Positions 1 to 12,098 of a stretch of 64,000 nucleotides of DNA are shown in pieces. The notes beneath the pieces were generated by a model that saw nothing but the letters and a program-made list of their open reading frames with translations, was not told the origin of the DNA and did no database searches. Each line of letters starts with the position of its first letter. Positions within the stretch are counted from its first letter, which is position 1. A program made the translations under genes and the position numbers. The stretch comes from Lepidodermella squamata (taxonomy: Eukaryota > Animalia > Gastrotricha), in contig JBLDXI010000013.1 of NCBI GenBank assembly GCA_047495785.1, positions 744,001 to 808,000 of the forward strand. The letters run 5' to 3'.

Positions 1-2070
1 GTAACCAAACTCAGGAAATACAACAGGCACTTCGTCCGGGTTGACTTTCCGACAATCGACCTTACCCTGCGCCAATTTTTCGCGCCACTCGTCACCAATA
101 TCACAAGAGAAGTCGTCATCAGCCAGAATAGTTGCACCGTAACGCTCATTCGTAAGAGCGTGAAATTTTTCGACCTGAACGTTTTTCGCGTCGGCCTCTA
201 CTTTTGTTGCTGCAGCTGTAGCTTTCTCCAGAGCTTTCGCGAACATTTGCACAGCAACATCCGGAAAGCTGGCGCTCTTTGCCAGCAAAAGCTTCACGTG
301 ATCTTCGGCCTTTTGTAAAAACTGCATCGTCAAACCGTCAACTTTTTGCTGATCAATTATATCATAGACCAGCTTCAGATTTTGAATGTTACTGCCGAAG
401 TGTTTGCCAGTTGTTTGGGTGCTCTTCGAAAGTGTTTCAATGACGAACTTCAGTGAATCTTTGTACGAACGCATTTGCTGAAGTTTCTCGCGCAGTTCCG
501 ACTCGCTTGCGACAGCACTCGGCGCGCTAATTGTTACATTGGGCGGTGGTGCTGCAGTTGAAACTGTTTTCGCCGGTGGTTCCTTATTTTCGGCTACAGT
601 TTCCACCGGTTTCGTTATAATCTGCTTAATCGGGACATCTTTCACTTCAGGAGCAGGAGTTGGTATCGCCGGAATTGTAACAACTTGCTGTACCGAGCCA
701 ATAGGGCTGATTGATGAATTTGATTCGGACACGCCTCGTTTCGAAGAGGCGACACTAGCAGGTGCCACAGAAGATGGCTTTGCAGAAATGGAAGGGGATG
801 GCGTTGGCAGAATTGGAGGTTCAACAGACATCGGCTGTAGCTTGACATTAGGAACTACAGCCGTAGTCTGCTGTTGTCCGATGATAATCGACCGAACTGG
901 TATTTGATGTTCAGGTGGCGTAGAGGGCACCTTTGCCGGCAAATGTGGTAGCGGGTTGGCTGGCGGAGGCGCCGCGAGGTATTCGATAAGGGTCGTCGGT
1001 TCGCGCATCATCGCACCCGTTGGCCTATTACTGGGGGCTGTTACATTCGGAGCAGCTGAGCGTTCGTACGGCGTCCGTGCTCGAATTGCAGGCATCGCTG
1101 CTTTCTGCTCGTGATGCCTTTGAACTTGGGAGTAGCCGCTTGACTGCTGCTGCTGTTGCTGCTGCTGCTGAGGTTGATTCATAGCTCGAGCAGGCTGCGG
1201 GTCATACGACGGTCCTGTTCTCATGCCGCCGCCCAACGGGTAGGCATTGGGCGCGGCTTGCTGCTGCTGTCGTGCACCACCCGCCATTTGACCTCCAGGA
1301 ACTACTCGCTGCTGCGCCGGTATTATTTGAGGTGGATTGGTTGCATACGAGCTTGGATAAGATTGCTGGGGATGAATGGGAGGGGCTGGAGGGGGAGGAG
1401 CCGGTTGGGCGTACTCATTCGTATTTTGGTACTGGTAGTAACCACTCGACATATTGCCATTATTCGGGAGGATTCTAGGCGTTGGCGGAACCATGTTGTT
1501 GGCCCAAGGTTCTTGCACGGACCCAGCCATGCTTGAGCTACCAATATCTTGCCTGCCTTGAATATTCGAATAGCTCAAATGCTGAGTTGCCTGTGGCTGC
1601 TGCTGCTGTGGTGGTTGTGCAGGGTAAGGCCGAGAAGCCATTGCAGTAGGCCTAATTTGAGGCTGATTTACCATCGGCTGATTCATCTGTTGCCACTGTT
1701 GGCTGACTGGGGGACCAGGATTAGGCGCCCATGTTTGATGCTGTTGAGGTTGGGGTTGAGCTACAGGAGGAGGCAAGTCAATGTAAATAGGCTGCCGATT
1801 ACTAGGATATTGGTGTTGTTGTTGCTGTTGATACTGATCGGCCTGTTGTTGCAAGTTTTGAATATAAGCCTCAATTTTCTGCTGATACTGAGCCGCCCAT
1901 GTTGAGCTTCTGTAGAATTCGGCTTCAATGGCGGCCGCACTTCGACCGTCGTGATTTAGATGCGGCGCGTTCCTGAAAACCTCCTGAATCCGGCGTATGA
2001 CCGTCTCCCGAAAAGGCGCGGACACATGAGGAGGCGCGCCGGGATTGTTGTTGTACTGGTGATGAGCCAT
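1..2070 (-). CDS. MED15: Mediator subunit MED15 (ARC105)-like, 3' end outside window
   Basis: Minus frame from ATG 2070, open in all stretches I translated and running off the window edge (so absent from the ORF track). The N-terminus SAPFRETVIRRIQEVFRNA...RSAAAIEAEFYRSSTWAAQYQQKIEAYIQNL has the MED15 KIX pattern. A long Q/P-rich tract follows, then ELREKLQQMRSYKDSLKFVIETL...NIQNLKLVYDII...LTMQFLQKAEDHVKLL, resembling the MED15 central helical domain. Recognised by eye; no search run. Confidence 0.7.
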   Translation of the reverse strand, partial: MAHHQYNNNPGAPPHVSAPFRETVIRRIQEVFRNAPHLNHDGRSAAAIEAEFYRSSTWAAQYQQKIEAYIQNLQQQADQYQQQQQHQYPSNRQPIYIDLPPPVAQPQPQQHQTWAPNPGPPVSQQWQQMNQPMVNQPQIRPTAMASRPYPAQPPQQQQPQATQHLSYSNIQGRQDIGSSSMAGSVQEPWANNMVPPTPRILPNNGNMSSGYYQYQNTNEYAQPAPPPPAPPIHPQQSYPSSYATNPPQIIPAQQRVVPGGQMAGGARQQQQAAPNAYPLGGGMRTGPSYDPQPARAMNQPQQQQQQQQQSSGYSQVQRHHEQKAAMPAIRARTPYERSAAPNVTAPSNRPTGAMMREPTTLIEYLAAPPPANPLPHLPAKVPSTPPEHQIPVRSIIIGQQQTTAVVPNVKLQPMSVEPPILPTPSPSISAKPSSVAPASVASSKRGVSESNSSISPIGSVQQVVTIPAIPTPAPEVKDVPIKQIITKPVETVAENKEPPAKTVSTAAPPPNVTISAPSAVASESELREKLQQMRSYKDSLKFVIETLSKSTQTTGKHFGSNIQNLKLVYDIIDQQKVDGLTMQFLQKAEDHVKLLLAKSASFPDVAVQMFAKALEKATAAATKVEADAKNVQVEKFHALTNERYGATILADDDFSCDIGDEWREKLAQGKVDCRKVNPDEVPVVFPEFGY

Positions 2071-3934
2071 ATTGCTGCTGCAAGCCGTGAGAGAGTAATT
2101 CACCTGCAACGGCACTCCATCATATGAGAGTCAAAAGCTGATAATAAATACAATGTATTAAAACTAGTGGGAACAATTCTACATTATTACAATGTTATTT
2201 TTTTACATAAATAATAGTAATACAACCAGGTATATAAAAGCTATGAAAAAACTGGCGTGTCTATTGTTGCTGCGGAGAGGCAGGCAAAAAACGGCATAGC
2301 TCTCCTACAACAACCATGAACCGCCTATTAGTGTAACTGGCTGCTGCTGCTGCTGAAGATGTGTAGATCGGCACCCGTGGGCTTGTTGGCCTGTAAACCC
2401 ACGTTTCCTTCTTATCCATGCATGCGATACCAGTAAGAGGCCTTATCTTATCACGTGGGAGCCAGGGCCCTGGGCGTTGACTCAGCGCATATTATGAAAG
2501 CGGCATTTTTCAGCTGCGGCCGCCATTGCTACTACTACTGCTGCCTTTTATCACGCTTCCCACCGTGGTCATTCATCTTTAGCTGTAAAAAAAATAAACG
2601 ACAAGATGGTGGTCGCACAAACATGGCTTTTATTCATTTTCGCATATTGCTAAGAAATTCATAGTTTTCTTATACACAGGTCGTGTATTTTTTCAGAATC
2701 CGCCGTATTGAAGAACACGCCAATTCACGGATTTTAAAAAGAAGAAACTCAACGAGAAAAGTGTTACACAGTAAATCATAAGTAATTACTCGAAACGTAA
2801 AAGACAGTAAATAATTGTTATTGATTGATCAAAGCATCGCGTTAACTCAATCATCATTATCATCGTCAAACACAGCATATTTTTTTTTGAGTCAGTCGTC
2901 AATACCATGCGAAATTATAAGGTGGGCATTTGAAACAACTTTGCGTGGCCAGTAACTCAATCATTCCTATCGAGTGAATGTCTACCGCTACAACAAGTGT
3001 TACTCATTTTGCTTAAGAACGGGTTGGTGATGGCAGACGTAACAAATATAAAGATTTTTTCTTGCTTTTATACAGGTTATAGCTATCGAAGAAGGTTGCA
3101 TCAGCAAGAGTGTAAATATAATCAACATTTTCACAAATTATTATTATTATTAGTAGTAACAATAATTTTGATAATAATAATTGTTAATAAATTTTGACAA
3201 CATAACAACATTAGCTTCTCTTTTATATTACACGTATAATCATTTTTTTCCAGCATTCTCAAACTTTTTTTCAAATGATTTTCCAATTTCATGCCGCGCA
3301 TTCATTCGATAACGTGATGTTTTATTTCTCTCCCGAAAAATAGTGTTATTGCCGAGTCTAGTAGTTTTGAGGCGGGATGAGCTGAGACTTTGATTCAAAT
3401 TTTGAAACGTAAAACAACCTCCGAACAGCATGTCAAATCAAGAATGATGTTTTGCGATAAAACAGGACGGTGGAGCAATTTTTGAAATTTTGTATCCCAC
3501 AAGCGCGAGAGATCAAACAATTGTTTCGCTTTTCTAAGTATCCGACACAGACACGCACACGCACATGAAGAAAAAAAGAGCGGAAAACGCGTGTATTTTA
3601 CAGCAATTTAATGGAATGAGGAAAGCAATTGTTGTCCGTGTTGTTTCATAATCTTCGTAAACAGAAGTTAAAAAAACACCGATGAATGAGCCAGTAAATT
3701 TGTTCTGCAAAAACGTTTGGGCACTTGATAGGTTGCAAGATCTTCACTATAATTATGCAGCAAAACATTTTGAGCGAAAAAACGTCAAGCACCTCAAACT
3801 CCACTACGAAGTTTTAGGTAATTATCGTCATCTTGTTATTATGGAAGAATTTTCAGGGAGGTTCTCGTAATATACTGGAAGTATTCGGGCAAGATGAATA
3901 AATTTTGCCTTGTTTTATCATTTTTTGAAGCAGT

Positions 3935-6900
3935 CTACCGCCCAACTTTAGGCGCAGATCTATCATTTATTGTCGTCTTGCGAAGTTGCTGCCTCCTGGA
4001 CTGCAGCGCGGCCAGCAGCTGGTTGTTGCCCTGTGAAGAGCCGGGTGACGACGGCGAGGCAGGCCTCGAGTCGCTGTTACTCGCCACATTCTCATTATTC
4101 GCGACATTTTGTTGTTGCCGTAAATTCGGTGATGAAGCCACCTTTTGCTGCGGCGGCGGGGCTGGTGGTAGGCAGGCGGCCGATGCCGACTGGTGCACGA
4201 TTTGGGGCGGGCTTTGATGACTAGATGGAGGTTGGGGGATGTTATTAGGCACACAGCCGGCTTGTATGTTGTCGTGTACGGTCGCCAGAGATGGCACTGC
4301 TGGTCTCGTTTGTTGGGCGCTGTTACGCTGCGCCACGGCCAGGTTGAGTTGCTGCTGGAAATTCAACTGGGCGGGCGGGTTCGGAGGCGGTTTCTGGGAT
4401 TTCGGTGAGTTCGGTTTCACCGCCGCGCGTTGTTGGCCGTTGTTCAGCTGGGCAGCACCCAGGGCGTGTTCTACCACAGCGGCGACATTCGTGCTCGCCA
4501 ATTGCGGCGGCCGTTTCTGCTGCTGACCGGGTGCGGGAGGCGGTGGCGGGTGGTTGGCTCGATTTACGACAACGCCAGCTTGTTGATAGATGAGTTGCTG
4601 TTGTTGTTGTTGCTGCTGCTGCTGAGGCGGCGGGGCTGGCCGGCCATTAGGGTGCAGCATCGACAGCGTTTCTGATGAGCCGCGTCGAGTCGGCGGAGTC
4701 GGTTTCACTCCGCCGTTGCTACTCGGCGCTCGTCTGATCGTTCCCGTATTATCGAATCCTGGTTGCCGGGTTTGTTGCATTGGTACAGATGCATAGATCA
4801 TTCCATCTAAAATAAAAAAATTGAAAATGTAGAAAATATCGAAAAAATTGAATTCCTAAATTCTCCCCATATTTTACGGTGGACGATTCAAAGATTTTGA
4901 GACCGCTCAACACAGACTTTGGAGCTTTCAGAGAAATTTGAAGTTACCAAGCTTTTCAATTTGACTCGGAAGTTCTAATTGAGAATGTTATTTTCCAATT
5001 TTTGCCACCAATTAAATTCCTAAAATTATTGATCCATTGTTTGACTTAGTCAACACAATTTTTCGTAGACTCGTATTTTCTAGTCAGAAGATCCCAACAT
5101 TTTCCACTAAAACTACCCCAACAATACCCAAAACGATAAAAAAGCAAGTTTTTCTCACCTGAAGTTTGAAAGAATTGTGGCGGCTGTTGGCCATTGAGCT
5201 CCGTAACCGTCGACTCAAGCTGTCGTATCGCTAGCGTCAAACTTTGATCGTCACAAATTGCCGATTGTGTTCTCACTTGCTGATGCGATGCATAGGTAGG
5301 CTGAGGGGTTCTAGTCCGGTGTTGGTGATGGCCGTTACCGATGGGCTGCAGCTCCAGGTAATGGTCATTACTACTCGACGAGGCTGATCTTTGCCTGCGA
5401 CTCGGAGGTTGTTGTTGTTGTTGCTGCTGTTGTTGTTGATATTGTAACTGTTGAAGGTATTGCTGTTGCGAAAAGCCCGATGCCGATGAAATACTGCCGC
5501 CACTAACGGACCCGCCGCACATCGCCGCCGAAGCCGCAATCATTTGCAGCTCATTGGCGTTGGCATAAATAGGCGCGTAGTCACTACTCAGCGATATCGA
5601 ATCCGACCCATTGATCGAGCCGTTGCCGTTTCCGTTGACTGAAACCGAATGTGTAGGTTGGTCGAGGGCGTTTAGCCTGATCGGGATACGAGGCGGTGGT
5701 ACCGGTTTTGAAAGCCGAAGAAGGGTTGTGCCATTCACGTCAGCCGCAGTTCCATACAACTGCTCCTCGCCATTAGGTTGCTCGAACATTGTCTGAAGAA
5801 AACCCCGAGTTTTACAAGGTAAAAAATCAGAATTCAGAACGCTCACCTGTGAAAGAGGGTGTCTTTGCTGGGCGCTGTGATACGCCTGAGAGATGGTATG
5901 GGGCCGCATTGTCGACGAGCCGTTCATCATCATCATTTGCTGATGAGACGATTTCGACTGAAGGACAATGCCAGGTTCCGACTCGGGCGATCCGCCCGAT
6001 GCCGACTCGCCCGCAGTGGTCGCACTGTACATCATCGCCGCGCTCGTATGAGCGTAATGTTCCGCCTGAGACATGAAACCAGAATCGTAAGAGCCGCCTA
6101 TCGTCGTCGCCGCAACACTTGCCATCCGCGCCGAGCCGCTCAGCACTTCGGACAACTTTCTCTGAATTTTACTCCGCGAGGTTGTGCCCATGCCTGAAAT
6201 TACGCCTTGTTGAATAGCGTGTTGGCCATTGCCGCCGTTAGTCTGGCCATTCGCGTTGCTTTCCACGTCACTATCACCGCCGTTCGAAACCGCGTCGTCG
6301 TCATCGATCGAGCAAAGACTTGAGCTTTTCCGGCTTAACGAACCGCCGTCACTGCCGACCGCATCGTCGATGTGCCCTGCTGCAACTTTGGTCCGCAAAA
6401 CCTCCCAGACTCGCACTTGGTGGCCCTGGAGGTCGCGAATCGCCTGCTCGGAGGATTCTGGCAGGTTCTCTGGGTCGACGGCCTGACTAGACAAGAGGTC
6501 AAGGATTTCGCGCACGTTGTTCCGCTCATCGAGAATCGCAACTTCTTCCTCCATCATGGGCTTGAGGCACGCGATGAAATAGCAATATCGAGCTCGTTCT
6601 TCACGCAACGCGACTCGAAGAGCCGACCGCTGAAGAGTTTCCAACACAGCGTATCGATCACTCAGTTCTTGGAATAATTGGTCCAGTTGGTACTGTGCAT
6701 CCATGTTTCCTTAATGAAAACCAACAGTTAGGCATGATCGAAAAGCAAAACGATTTTTTCATTTTCATCATTAATTAAGGTGGACCAATAATTTTTCCCA
6801 TTTTTTAGATCTACTATCAAATACCGCAATAGGCTTTTTTATTTCAAGCGCATTAATGCTCATGTTAATTAATCATTGTCAGCTTTTTTGGTACTAAAAC

Positions 6901-9900
6901 GGTCTGACCTGTCAGTTAATGTGGCTAGCCATTTGATTACCAGGAGATTAATGCCAGTTCATATCCGTGTAAAAAGCTGACGCAGTGACCTTATGCACCA
7001 GAGTATTTTTACTCGGGTGCGAATATGCTAATGATTTATTATTTTCGAATCATTCGATATTACGCAGAATTTGTTGTTGTTTTTTGTTATTATTTTTCCG
7101 ATCCCTGAAAACCGCAACGGCATTCATTCATTCATTGATCGCGGTAGGCAGTATTTTTCCCATCAGCGGCGAGCTTCAAATACGGCTACAAGTTTATTGC
7201 AACAACTGCCAGCGATAATAAATCAATGTTTACACCTGTCACACCTGGCCGTAAACACACCGCAGCAGCAGCAGCAGCAGAAACAAATTGCAAATTGGAA
7301 CGCGAGCCTCATAAAATCCTCGGACAGGGCTCGAGGCACGTACCGGCGAGCATAAACGCGAAAGGGCGGCATGAGAATGCAAATTTAAATGCGCGGAAGG
7401 AAGCCACTGACAAAGGAAATATTGTTTTATTATTATGACTGTCCTACGTTCATTCATTCACTCGTTCAACAAACGAGAGCAGTAGTAGTCGTCGTAGTAT
7501 AAAGCTGTAAGGCTTATCCGCTAAATGGCGACAAATGCAGCCTTTACCTGTCTGCCAATAAAACGCAGCTGATACAACGACGTTGGTGGAGATGTTTTGG
7601 CGCACGCGCCGATCGCAGCCGCTAAGAAGAGAGGCGTCCGATGGGGCGCACGAGCGTGCTCGCCTGCCAAGGTACGAGCGCAATAAAATCGCAATAAAAC
7701 GGGATAAGAGCCGCGACGACGACGACCGCGCAAATGGATTTGGTCGTAGGAATAATAATAATACTATTAAGATGTATCTTCGTCATCACAGGCGAGCGCT
7801 GACTCAACAGGCGTCGCCGTTTCGCCACATTCGCCCGCCTGTGGCTGCCTAGGGACTGACGTGTTCACGAGGCCGTCGCCGCCGCCGCCGCCGCCTTTCT
7901 TTTTCAAGCGCGCCGAAGCACGGAGGATTAAAGGTTGGAACACAATTGGCCACGCACGCACACGTCAAGAGCGCCACTTGGCCCGGCAAATAACTCGGCG
8001 CCGATGTAATAAAAAGTAGCAGCGCAAAACAATAAACAAAAACAAGGCTACTTTCCCAGCCGGCGCGCTCATCCCCTCTCGGCCGTCTTATTATTATATT
8101 ACGCATTATGAATAGACAAAGAAGAAAGAAACAAAAAAAATGCATATTTTCCCGACGAGTAGTACCTTTCTTCGCCTTCTTCTGGGCTTTCAGTGCTTCG
8201 TTCGTAAGCCGCTTCAAGTCCTGCCGGGCACGTTTTATCTCTCGCGTGTGATCTTTATCGATAGCGAATGCGACTCGCCGCCAATCTTCCGCGCTGCTCT
8301 GCATCGGATTGATAAAATGATCTTGCATTTTGCTATAAAAATAATTATGAAAATTTTTCATCATTTCCTTTTTTATCATCAAGTACTTTGAGAGCTCGCG
8401 AAGTCTCTGCTCGAGCGTTCTGTGGCGTAGACATAGCCGAGTGAGAGAAGATCCAATTTCCCGGGTAGCACCTGTAATAACAGAAGATAAACAAATCCGG
8501 CATTAGTAATGAGCTCAAGTGGTTCGAGTTGTTTAAACGCCAATTATCATCAATCATCACAGGGTCAATTAAGCCTCAGCAGTCAGTCAGTCGGCCGGCC
8601 AATTAGGCCGTAAACAAGTAAAACGAACCGGCTTAACACGGCACCTTGCCAACAAACAACAAACGCGCTGACGAGAACCACCCGGCGAGAATGCACCCGG
8701 CATTTCCTTGTTATATAGCAAATACGTACACGCAAGAGATAACGCACGGTGTGATGAATGACCCGGGCTTGCAAAAACCTACAGCCGCCGGATTCACTGA
8801 ACGTATGCAGCAGCTATTAGCGAGATACCGACAAGAAATACCGATCCATCAACTGGGGTTCGCGAGCAGCAAACAACGCAGATATTTACACCCGACTTGC
8901 AGCGATTTCGCTACTTCCCATTCAATCGCATCATTGGCGCGGCTTGATAAGAAGAATCTCACGTAGGTGTATAGGCAAGACTGCAGCTGCCAGGCCGGTA
9001 TATCCGGCGGCGGCCGCCGAACCACCTGGACGAGCAGTATTTTACGAGCTCGTGCGTAAATTCGCTGTTTTTATTGCCAGCGGTGATTACATACGCTTGT
9101 TTATCGCCGCCACGCCGCAACATGTCAAATCATCGACTGTAGAGTCTAGATTATCCGCGTCATTATCGCCAATGCATTTTTTCGCGTTCTTCTCCAAATA
9201 TAATAATTATCACGCCGGTGAATTCCGAAGCTGAGCAAACAGCGGGTGTGAATTTTTCGGCTCAATTGGCCGGGGATTAGCGGCGGCTATGCACTGCCTC
9301 GTGATGATGATGGTCGCAGGTGTTTGTTTAATTCACTGGTGCGACAGGCCGAAAAATAACAACAATAACAGCAATTTACAATTTTCCCACATGGCCGCTG
9401 CACCGGCCAACGAGTCATGAACGAACGAGGGTGGCAACAACCGCAAATAAAAAAGCCGGAAATCTTTTCGTTTTCAAATAATCGATTCCGCTGAGCCAGC
9501 GACGACGACGACTTAAAGTATGAATGGTAATGAAATAAAACAACAACAACAACAACAACAACGAGGACGGCCGCAAATAATCGCGTAGGAAACGCTCTGT
9601 GTATGTGTTATGAAATTGCCTGGAGAGGCTCGTCTCACAACAAAACTGAAGCGCTCTCCGGGATGGAAACGCAAACAAAACACGTTTAGCAGTAGACGAG
9701 TGGCTACTGCTGCTGCTGCTGGTTACTACTACTCGTAGTCTTCCTCCGCCTCCTCGTAGGAGTAACTAGCGCAAAACACGTGTTTCACTACTACACAGTT
9801 GCTATTATTATTCATTCATTCATTTTCGTTTATTGCGCGCCCGATTTGGCTCATCGCTACGCGTTTATAACAACAACAATTGTTCGGCACAGTGAACGAG

Positions 9901-12098
9901 CGCCAGTGATTGTGACGTGAATTCGCAATTAGGGCTTCATCGCCCACAATCAATATTTTATAAAGTGTTCGGCTGCGCTTTCGCTCACGGCACAGGCACA
10001 TGAACGCCGTTAAATATGCAAGGTCAGACCAGGCCAGGCAGCTGCAGACCGATACGAGTGCATAACACGCAAATTTCGGTGCCAACTCGCCCTCTTGCGC
10101 AACCGAAGCCTCAAAGCGAAGTTACGCAACGCCATATGCGATCGACAAGAGAGAAAGGAAGCTCCCGAGCCACAGGCACGCAAGTTTATCGATATAAGCA
10201 AAACATTTGACCGGAAGTTCCCTAATGCACCACGTCGTCTCACAAGACTTCATGATCTTGTTTGTTGTTGCGCGGCGCGTCGGCTTATTATCGCCTTATC
10301 AGAAAATTCCAGCTGGTGCGAATGATGCGCGTTGGCGCTTCCACAATGGCGATGATGATTAATATAATTGACATTAATTCCGCCAGCGCGCGCGCCCGCG
10401 ATCATCGGCATTTGTTTACTTATCACTACCCTGGTTAGGGGCGGTACAAAAAAACAACAATCAATGATGGCCGCACCATTATTCAAAGCAACAAATTGAG
10501 CCGACTACACTAATAAAAGAGAGCTGATGTCATCGTAACGAACCGCGACTTTTGTCCGACACTGCCATGTCCTGACATGGCCAATTTCTTCTCCCGAGAG
10601 GCAGCAGCACTAGCTCTCGCATTGTGCAAAGTTGTTTATCCGGTACTACTACACAGGGACAAGTGGCCGCATGTTGCCGTTGCTACAAGACGCGATTGTT
10701 ATTATTATTATTATTGCTATCATATCGGTAAACATGAAGACGAAACTTCGTTATCACAAGATAGCAGCAGACCAAGCCGATATCTGACACGAACATTAAA
10801 TTTCAGCGTTATATACCACTACAGCAGCACTAGCGAAGGCTCAAGTCAGCGTAATACGACCAGACGCATCTCGATCGATGACTAGACACTAACTCGAACG
10901 AAAATCGATGAATGACCTCGCTGGCAAGTTTACTCACACGAGTTCATACAATTCCCTCGACGACTCGGCACAGCCAAGGAAATGTCAACGTTAATTTTGC
11001 TCACCGGTTTTTAGCGAAACTAAACACAAACCTTTTGTATTTGTTGCCATATCAGCTATCTTTTGTAGCGCGTCCAAAAAGCCAGACAAAGCCGAACACG
11101 AATTTCTAGAAATGAAAACAACAACATTATTGATGAAAATTGCGCTATTACACGGGTCTTTCAAAATGGCATCTAGCTTTTTAGCAGCGCCTCTCTATCT
11201 ACACTCAGCCCAACACCTCGTAAACGTCAACAAAGATAATAAAAAGAATAATAGAATGGTGTTGGAAAATAAAAACGCGAGCTAAATGATAATGAAAACA
11301 AATCGCATCTTACTTGACGGCTGACTGGAGCTTAGACGCTTTGTTCAAGAGGTCTTCCCAGGCGCCATTCGAGTTCTGAAAACAAAAATGAACCCAATTG
11401 TTAAAATGCTTTAATATAATGTCACACATTTGTTCTCCTTCGTTTCATTAACTCAACGTCTTAGAAATCTGATACGTAAGCAGTACATGATGAGCATAAA
11501 ATATTTCAAAATCTTGCTTAACTGCATGAAAGTATTGATTGCAAACAATGAGGTTAAAAATGGTTGGCTTATTTACTATTAAGGCCAAACAAAATTAATA
11601 TGGAGAGTAATCGCATTGCCGGCCTAATCCTCACTTCTCGACTTTTTTGAGGCAGCTCGTAAACAACCATCGTTCGATTAGAAAAGCATCAAGTAATGTA
11701 TGCAAAATTATTGGATCTCTGCTTAACACGCTATCGAGAAATTGGAAAGTATATAGGGGCAGCGCATACTCGAGAATTTTCTTCAACACATACAGCAGCG
11801 AAAGGGATTTTTTAACACCTCTAGCCTAACCATTATTTTTCCAGAAGAAAGCAAATAACTTTGTGAACATATGTGAGCAGTACGCACAAACAAACTAATA
11901 GTTTGTTCTTTAGCTATTGCACAGCTGTCATGGCCAATGCTGGCCGCAGATAAAGATTAAACGTCAATGATACGTGAAGGCTAACGCCAATCACAAACAT
12001 TATATTATTCGAAAAATTACCTTCAGTTCGGTGATAACAGAAGAGAAAACGGTGCCAAGAAGATGGTAGTCTCGCTCGAGACCAGCTTCTATGACCAT
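3935..12098 (-). CDS. MTSS1: MTSS1/MIM I-BAR (IMD) and WH2 actin-regulatory protein, 8 exons, ~944 aa
   Basis: Exons 12021-12098, 11314-11375, 11032-11105, 8387-8471, 8166-8332, 5847-6709, 5159-5792, 3935-4806 have GT-AG boundaries and join in frame. IMD motifs WEDLLNKASKLQS, FLDALQKIADMATNTKGATREIGSSLTRLCLRHR, DKDHTREIKRARQ, ALREERARYCYFI; C-terminal WH2 LLAALQSRRQQLRKTTINDRSAP. Confidence 0.93.

Noticed and set aside
539-1905. Plus-strand Leu/Arg-rich ORFs (also 3894-4675 and 49799-50384)
   Set aside because: Antisense shadows of Q/P-rich minus-strand coding exons.
6985-11000. Many 60-100 aa ORFs within MTSS1 introns
   Set aside because: No domain-like content, simple-repeat composition, mostly non-ATG starts.
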